Origin: a virus
DNA: 37,490 nucleotides
Strand: one strand, 5' to 3'
Virus record (IMG/VR): IMGVR_UViG_3300010400_000020
Span: 1 to 37,490 of that record
A program made the translations under genes and the position numbers. The notes under the pieces were generated by a model that worked only from the letters and a program-made list of their open reading frames with translations, made no database searches and had not been told where the DNA came from. How positions within the stretch are numbered: the first letter of the stretch is position 1; each line of letters starts with the position of its first letter. Positions 32,584 through 37,490 of the stretch are shown here, one piece after another.

Positions 32584-32958
32584 CATTCTGTTACTTATTA
32601 ACCAACAAAGTTGGCGGCCATCTCATTTCTGGATGACTCTCTACCTTTATTTATTCGTAGAGTTCGGACTATCGCATACGTTATCACTAACGTCTTCTGG
32701 ATTTAGTCTCTCACGGTAGCTTACGCCTTCCGCCTTGTTAACCTTCTGCATTAGATATTTCAAAAAATTCATGATGCACACCTTTAACATTAGACTGACA
32801 TTTTACACATGTCCAATCGCCTGTTATGCAACTTACTTCTTCTTCTTTTTTTAAGTGTTTGCAGGTTTCGCATCTCCAAATTCTTTCAAGAACAATCTGT
32901 GTCATGCAGCAAGGCACTCCAAGTCAATTACCAAAAGTTTTAATTCGGCACACACTTT
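32584..32958 (-). ncRNA. Group I self-splicing intron (375 nt) in the major capsid gene
   Basis: - P1: exon end UUCGGU pairs with guide GCCGAA, giving a U-G wobble at the splice site.
- P2 AAUUA/UAAUU; P3 UUGGA/UCCAG.
- The GCCUUG/CAAGGC helix encloses the ORF loop.
- A stem is capped by a GUAA tetraloop.
- P7 GACUA/UAGUC lies within R-like GAGAGACUAAA and S-like GAUAGUCC elements.
- P8 ACGUUA/UAACGU; P9 CUCUAC/GUAGAG.
- A terminal G precedes ACA GGC, and excision restores the reading frame. Confidence 0.8.
32738..32905 (-). CDS. Intron-encoded 55-aa zinc-ribbon protein
   Basis: MTQIVLERIWRCETCKHLKKEEEVSCITGDWTCVKCQSNVKGVHHEFFEISNAEG (CxxC...CxxC). Its ATG overlaps the TGA that ends the exon-1 read-through frame (ATGA). 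It lies wholly inside the loop closed by GCCUUG/CAAGGC. Confidence 0.5.
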   Translation of the reverse strand: MTQIVLERIWRCETCKHLKKEEEVSCITGDWTCVKCQSNVKGVHHEFFEISNAEG

Positions 32959-33501
32959 ACCGAATCGATCCATACCTTCAATACCTGACATGAATTTGTA
33001 GGCATTGTTGGTATCCAAAGTAGTTGCAACTAGGCTAAAATCGCTCATCCCAAGGTTAGTTGGGTTGAAACCATTTGAGCCACCTGCAGCGTTAATTTGG
33101 CTAGCTGCTGAGACAATGTAGTCTCTTAAGATCAAGTCTTCTGCTTGTCTCATAGCAACTGCAAGTCTTTCAGAAACCCAGGCTAAAACGCCTTCTTGGT
33201 CTTGAAGAATAACTTGTTCGTTGATGATACATCCTGTACCGAAGAATGCCATTTGGGCATCAATAATATCTCTTTGTGGAACTTGAGCTGGGGGATCTAT
33301 CCCTGAGTTACCAAGTTGCACAGTAGGAGGAGTAAGCGCTCTTGGACGCATAAACCTCATTGTTGTTCCACCATTAGGAGGCATTGAAACCTTATCACAA
33401 ATGGTGATGTAGTTCATTGTAGGCGTAGGAACATATAACATCGCAGGCGCAAGCGACTGCAAGATCATAGGACCTAAATTGCCAGTAGTTGTAATAGACA
33501 T
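32959..33501 (-). CDS. Major capsid protein, exon 1 (aa 1-181)
   Basis: Track ORF 32902..33501. MSITTTGNLGPM...MRFMRPRALTPP...IIDAQMAFFGTGCIINEQV...GMDRFG matches the N-terminal half of HK97-fold MCPs of the N4 gp56-like family as I recall them. The last 18 listed codons (KVCAELKLLVIDLECLAA) are intron read-through. Confidence 0.8.
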
Positions 33502-33518
33502 ATCAACCTGTAGTTGAT
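33502..33518 (-). promoter_or_regulatory. Hairpin ATCAAC-tacag-GTTGAT immediately 5' of the MCP start codon (covers the weak AGG SD)
   Basis: Perfect 6-bp stem read directly. It ends at the base preceding the ATG. Confidence 0.35.
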
Positions 33519-33640
33519 GTTTATCTGATATGATGATCGGTAGACGAGCCTAACTTACGTCCGTTCTCGACCATATCTTTATTCGTAGGTTGCGAAACTA
33601 CTTACGCGAAATGTCCATAACGCAGGACTGGCGAAATTTC

Positions 33641-33669
33641 AATATCAATATAAACTATTTATTTGTCAA
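33641..33669 (-). promoter_or_regulatory. Candidate MCP promoter TTGACA-17 nt-GATATT
   Basis: Perfect -35 hexamer and a 4/6 -10 on the minus strand. Implies an approx 130-nt structured leader. Confidence 0.35.
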
Positions 33670-33797
33670 TGCCCACCAGTTAATTATTTTTGGTCGGCAT
33701 AGGCTAAATCTTTGATTAGTAAATACTTCTCAAAATGCTTGATAACAATCTTCCAGATATACAACATGAAAAATGTACCTTAACAAGGAGAGTATCT

Positions 33798-34292
33798 ATG
33801 ACAGTTAGAATGAAAAAAGATGTAAGACTTGAAATTAAAAACTTAAATTGTTTATCCGATTTAGAACAATTAGCTAAAAAAGCGCGCCAAAATATAACTT
33901 TTTTTGGTCACAGGTATACAAGATTCGATGGATATAAAGGTACGGTTTCTATATATAAACTTCATGAAAAACTAAATCATTTGGTAGATAATTATCCTGC
34001 CACAGAGGATCCAGAGAGATTAATAGAAAAAGGTCATATTTTTGAAGTAAAAAAGATAATTATGGATCTTTATGATGCAAATTTCAACCGAAAAACAAAC
34101 ATTATTACTAGAATATGTGCGGCTGTGCTTGATTTCTTTTGGAGACTAACAGCTGTCGGATATGAAGCTAGCTTTATAATCGAAGAATTTAGAAAGAAAC
34201 CAAAAATTCAGGCATTAACTCCTGTTCCTCAAGGTGAACCAGATTCTCCTAGAAGCAATTCTCCGGCACCAGAAGGAAATACTCTTCCATAA
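33798..34292 (+). CDS. Hypothetical protein with a Pro/Ser-rich C-terminal tail (opposite-strand island between scaffold and MCP)
   Basis: Track ORF is 33735..34292. The ATG at 33798 (MTVRMKKDV...) is preceded by a strong AAGGAG SD. The tail reads PVPQGEPDSPRSNSPAPEGNTLP. Confidence 0.6.
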   Translation: MTVRMKKDVRLEIKNLNCLSDLEQLAKKARQNITFFGHRYTRFDGYKGTVSIYKLHEKLNHLVDNYPATEDPERLIEKGHIFEVKKIIMDLYDANFNRKTNIITRICAAVLDFFWRLTAVGYEASFIIEEFRKKPKIQALTPVPQGEPDSPRSNSPAPEGNTLP

Positions 34293-34296
34293 AAAC

Positions 34297-34319
34297 ACGG
34301 GCCATTCAGTATGGCCCGT
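34297..34319. terminator. Bidirectional intrinsic terminator ACGGGCCAT-tcagt-ATGGCCCGT
   Basis: 9-bp perfect stem, with ATCCTTTT following on the plus strand and GTGTTTTT on the minus strand. Lies between the convergent ORFs ending at 34292 and 34332. Confidence 0.7.
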
Positions 34320-34331
34320 ATCCTTTTAAGA

Positions 34332-35009
34332 CTATCCGAGCCTCATCATTTGTTTAAGCTGTTGAAGCTTTTCATATGCTTGCTTTTGACCCTGTGGGCT
34401 GAAATCTCCTTGGGAAGAGTAAGGAGCGGTTCCAACTCCACTAGGTTGATAATAGGGGCCTCTTCGATTGGCATCTATTTTTTGTTGAACTGAAGATTCC
34501 TTTTGTGCAGGCTTATCAATCCCTAGCTCTTTAATGTTTTGGTATACGAGTTTTTGCCTTTCAAAACCTTCTGGCATTTTCAGTATAGCTTCTGCTAATT
34601 TTGGAGCTTTTTGCGCGAATTTTTCAGCATGTTGCAACGTATCGTAAAAATCTGGGTTTTGCTCAAGCCATAACTCTTGTTTTAACTCTTCCTTGGCAGC
34701 ATGTTTAGCCATTTCCATAGCTTTTTGGATTTCAGATTGAGTGCTTTGACCAAATTTATTAAATTTCTTGTCTAACTTTTTACGGTCCACATAAACTTCA
34801 TCGTCATCATCTTCGTCATCTTCAGGTGCTTGAAACTTTTTAGATTTTTGCTCAAGTTCCCTAGATAGACGCTCTCTTTCCTCTCTCTCTTTTTGCAATT
34901 CTCTTTGGTATTTAGCCTCCAGAGCTCTGAAATTCAGTTCCTTATCAGTAGCTTTTGGAGCTTCATTTACTTGTTCTTGACTTGATTGTGGTTGATTTTG
35001 TGCGCTCAT
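34332..35009 (-). CDS. Scaffolding-like protein
   Basis: Track ORF is 34332..35087. The likely start is ATG 35009 (MSAQNQPQSSQ...) with AAGGAT upstream. Acidic, coiled-coil-rich (EREERERLSRELEQ, DDEDDDDE). Lies between portal and MCP. Confidence 0.5.
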   Translation of the reverse strand: MSAQNQPQSSQEQVNEAPKATDKELNFRALEAKYQRELQKEREERERLSRELEQKSKKFQAPEDDEDDDDEVYVDRKKLDKKFNKFGQSTQSEIQKAMEMAKHAAKEELKQELWLEQNPDFYDTLQHAEKFAQKAPKLAEAILKMPEGFERQKLVYQNIKELGIDKPAQKESSVQQKIDANRRGPYYQPSGVGTAPYSSQGDFSPQGQKQAYEKLQQLKQMMRLG

Positions 35010-35089
35010 GTAATATATCCTTTGCCTTTGACGCTGGCATGCGTTTGGATTTGAAGTCATTAAACTAAATATTTTGATTAAGGACAAGA

Positions 35090-35590
35090 ATGAAAAATCC
35101 TTTTGACCCTATAAAAGAAGAATCCAAATTTTTATTTTTTGATCAAATGGTTCAAGGAATTGATAATTGGATCACAAATAAATATCCTGATTTTGATAGA
35201 AAATTATTAGATAAGATATCTGAGATATCACGGTTACAAAATGAATTTAAATTAGTTATAAATGACTATGAAAAGGATTCTAGAAATTCCAAGAAAAAAG
35301 AAATAGAATCGTTCAAGGATGATTTAAACTCATTCATGAAACAAAACTATCCAGATATATCATCTGAATTGATTAAAAAATATGATCAATTAAACAAAAC
35401 AATAAGAAATTTCAAAAAGAAAGAACAAGAGATTGATAAGAAGATGAAAGAGCTTGCTGAAAGAGAAAAAAATCTTGTCAAATCGGAATCAATATATGAA
35501 GATGTCTATAAAATGAGAGATGAATTTAAAAAAATGAAAGAAATGGTAGAAAAAATGTCCAAAAACATCAAAAAGGCATTCGAATTATGA
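35090..35590 (+). CDS. Hypothetical K/E-rich coiled-coil protein (opposite-strand island)
   Basis: 166-aa ORF with AAGGA SD upstream. Confidence 0.55.
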   Translation: MKNPFDPIKEESKFLFFDQMVQGIDNWITNKYPDFDRKLLDKISEISRLQNEFKLVINDYEKDSRNSKKKEIESFKDDLNSFMKQNYPDISSELIKKYDQLNKTIRNFKKKEQEIDKKMKELAEREKNLVKSESIYEDVYKMRDEFKKMKEMVEKMSKNIKKAFEL

Positions 35591-36129
35591 AAGTAAACAT
35601 TTTTGAAGCCCATGATAGACTTCTTCATTTCAAGAAAGATCAGGAAATAAACATATTTTTAGGTGCTGAAGAGTGTATTAAAAAAAATCCACTATCTCTA
35701 GCAATTCAAGAAAAATCTCCTTATGTGTATATATTCGCGCATGCGAGAACTGACGATGATGGGGTAACAAAACGTATGATTTGGGATCCAAGATTATCTA
35801 TCCCTAAACCACAGACAAACTCTTATCTTTTTCGAGCTACCTCTAATTCCGATATTGTTCAAGTGATATGGTTATTGCCTCCAAGAGAGATGTGGGGTCA
35901 ATATAAAGAGGGAAATGTTACCGAGAGCAATGAAGTGTCGTGGTCGATTAACCAGTTCATAAACAACAGAAAAGAACTAGAAAAACCCCATCCAGATGAT
36001 ATGCCTGAAGAGCGAGCCAAATTGATTCTAAAATCGATTGTAGATGAAAAACTCCAGGAAGTCAGAATCAAGAATTCCAATAAGAACTTGATGGATAATT
36101 TATATCTCGATTTGCATACAAATGAGTAG
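35587..36129 (+). CDS. Hypothetical protein (opposite-strand island)
   Basis: 180-aa ORF. ATGA overlap with the previous gene. Confidence 0.55.
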   Translation: MKVNIFEAHDRLLHFKKDQEINIFLGAEECIKKNPLSLAIQEKSPYVYIFAHARTDDDGVTKRMIWDPRLSIPKPQTNSYLFRATSNSDIVQVIWLLPPREMWGQYKEGNVTESNEVSWSINQFINNRKELEKPHPDDMPEERAKLILKSIVDEKLQEVRIKNSNKNLMDNLYLDLHTNE

Positions 36130-36133
36130 AAAA

Positions 36134-36304
36134 TCAAGCAAGAGATCTAGGAGGTTTACCTAATTTCTTAGCGGTCATTTCGGTTTGTATATAGCTCCTA
36201 ATGACTTTACCAATCGGATTCTTTACCCCTTGGCCATAAAAATCACCAGATCCCTTTGGAGACCTTGGAGCATGCCATTCAGGAGTTATACGTTCTTTTT
36301 TCAT
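36134..36304 (-). CDS. 56-aa basic protein with a GDFYGQGVKNPIGK motif
   Basis: Below the track cutoff; found by hand (MKKERITPEWHAPRSPKGSGDFYGQGVKNPIGKVIRSYIQTEMTAKKLGKPPRSLA). ATGA overlap with the upstream ORF. The motif is shared with ORF 36301..36627. Confidence 0.5.
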   Translation of the reverse strand: MKKERITPEWHAPRSPKGSGDFYGQGVKNPIGKVIRSYIQTEMTAKKLGKPPRSLA

Positions 36305-36627
36305 CCTAAATCATCATCTTGTAAAGTATTGTGTCTAGTCTGAGGTAATACATCTACAACACGCTTAGGATTGCCTTTATGACCGATTGGCTGTCTATGA
36401 CCAACACCATAGTGAGTGCCAGCATTTACAAAGTTGCTTGATCTTTCATCATACTGAGGACATCTGAAATCCCATGGAGATTTAATCCCGTCGATGGGTT
36501 TATCTTTAGGGTTTTGATTTTTAATACGTATAGGATCAGCAAAGTTAGATTTCTCTGTTTCAAGAGTAGATCTATTCTTTTGCGCTGCTGTATTTTTGTA
36601 ACCCTGAACTGTTTTTGTGCTTTTCAT
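36301..36627 (-). CDS. Small basic protein with a THYGVGHRQPIGHKG motif
   Basis: 108-aa ORF. [FH]YG.G...PIG[KH] is shared with the downstream 56-aa ORF. Confidence 0.55.
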   Translation of the reverse strand: MKSTKTVQGYKNTAAQKNRSTLETEKSNFADPIRIKNQNPKDKPIDGIKSPWDFRCPQYDERSSNFVNAGTHYGVGHRQPIGHKGNPKRVVDVLPQTRHNTLQDDDLG

Positions 36628-36714
36628 GGCTTAATCTTTTTGTGAAAACGCTTTAAATGTCTAAGCATTCTATTTATGTTGTAATTTGGCATTAAAAATC
36701 CTAATAAGTAAAAG

Positions 36715-36768
36715 ATATAGAACCCCAAAAAGGCAAGTTTTCTTATGCCTACCCCAACGGTTCTATAT
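36715..36768 (-). terminator. Nested hairpin: outer arms ATATAGAACC/GGTTCTATAT; inner AGGCA/TGCCT followed by TTTTT on the minus strand
   Basis: Read directly. Lies between ORFs 36775..37035 and 36301..37627's neighbour 36301..36627. Possible attenuator. Confidence 0.35.
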
Positions 36769-36774
36769 CTAGAA

Positions 36775-37035
36775 TTAATTTCTAAACTCAGGTAATTTCC
36801 CTTGATGGCCTTTTACCTTTTTCTCAGCCATCACTTGAGCTTTTCTAATTTCTTCGGTCGTGTCAATATATCTCATGACACTCCCAGCTCCTTCTGCTGA
36901 GCTTTCATCTTTTGTTTTATGCGGTCCATCAGGAAATACAGAGTCTTTGCCTCTTTTTCCTGCCCAGAAAGAGTGATCATCAATGCGTTGTCCGCCTGAT
37001 TGAACACGTGAACCCATCTTTTGACTATCTGCCAT
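36775..37035 (-). CDS. Small basic hypothetical protein downstream of portal
   Basis: 86-aa ORF starting 2 nt after the portal stop. Confidence 0.5.
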   Translation of the reverse strand: MADSQKMGSRVQSGGQRIDDHSFWAGKRGKDSVFPDGPHKTKDESSAEGAGSVMRYIDTTEEIRKAQVMAEKKVKGHQGKLPEFRN

Positions 37036-37037
37036 AT

Positions 37038-37490
37038 TTACCTCATCGCCATTTGTGGCTGTTGTTGTTGCAATTGTTGCCCTTGTTGATTAGAACCCAT
37101 TATACTCTGCATAAATTGATTTGCAAGAGCCGTCGATTTAGCATCTAACTTCTCCGCATTCTCTTTATGTTCTTGTTCGTAGTCAAAGCTTTGTATTTGA
37201 GATAATTTCAGAGCTGCTTCAATTTCCCCATACTTAGCTATTACATCTACAAGTTTTTCTAAGGATTCCATCTTAGCTTTGGTTGCCATCGCGCGATTCT
37301 GTGTTATTTCACTCAAGCGTTCTTCGAATAATCCTATATCAGCTTCTGCTCTTCCATGTCTTTCACGAGCCATAGCAATATTAGCTGTGGCTTTAGACAT
37401 TAATTCTTTTAGTTTAGCCTCTTCAAATGCATGCTGAATTCCTACTTGTTCTTGCTGTACAGCTTGAGCTTGTTCTTCTTGTTGTTGTAG
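37038..37490 (-). CDS. Portal protein, C-terminal segment (continuation of 1755..1 across the circular junction; 37368..37490 duplicates 1..123)
   Basis: The frame is open from the right edge to the stop at 37038. The track lists only the internal-Met ORF 37038..37400. Helical, with a Q-rich tail (QQGQQLQQQQPQ), consistent with a portal barrel/tail. Confidence 0.7.
   Translation of the reverse strand, partial: LQQQEEQAQAVQQEQVGIQHAFEEAKLKELMSKATANIAMARERHGRAEADIGLFEERLSEITQNRAMATKAKMESLEKLVDVIAKYGEIEAALKLSQIQSFDYEQEHKENAEKLDAKSTALANQFMQSIMGSNQQGQQLQQQQPQMAMR
37368..37490. repeat. Second copy of the 123-bp terminal overlap
   Basis: Identical to 1..123. Confidence 0.95.

Overview
The window is a complete, circularly closed genome of an AT-rich tailed phage. 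The first and last 123 bp are identical, so the unique length is 37,367 bp. No database or covariance search was run: product calls rest on motifs I recognise and on gene order, and coordinates I derived by hand may be off by 1-2 nt.

Layout:
- A long minus-strand block runs: Cro/CI-like regulator, winged-helix/DnaD-like replication initiator, small unknowns, ParA plus RHH partition pair, terS, terL.
- It continues with portal (spanning the circular junction), small basic proteins, scaffold-like protein, major capsid protein, about 10 virion/tail proteins, 3 ejection-type proteins, and an array of 6-7 T/S/G/A-rich tail-fibre genes.
- A plus-strand block (9018-13798) carries a RecT/YqaJ recombination module, a TnsA/Hjc-like nuclease and small membrane or basic proteins.
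- Three plus-strand islands are inserted inside the late operon.

Most notable observations:
1. The major capsid gene is split by a 375-nt element with textbook group I intron features. It carries a 55-aa zinc-ribbon ORF.
2. The genome has plasmid-type maintenance genes (ParA/RHH, Rep) and I recognise no integrase, suggesting a phage-plasmid.
3. A four-member family of small bitopic membrane proteins occurs. Three members are followed by stop/start-overlapping 20-39 codon hydrophobic micro-ORFs, the fourth by a 5-codon remnant. I recognise no endolysin.
4. A plus-strand promoter/operator/terminator arrangement lies antisense to the rep leader.
5. GC-rich 22-bp-spaced direct repeats lie inside rep and are candidate ori iterons.

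No rRNA, tRNA or CRISPR array was seen. TAA, TAG and TGA all act as stops, and AGGAG-like SD motifs precede many genes.
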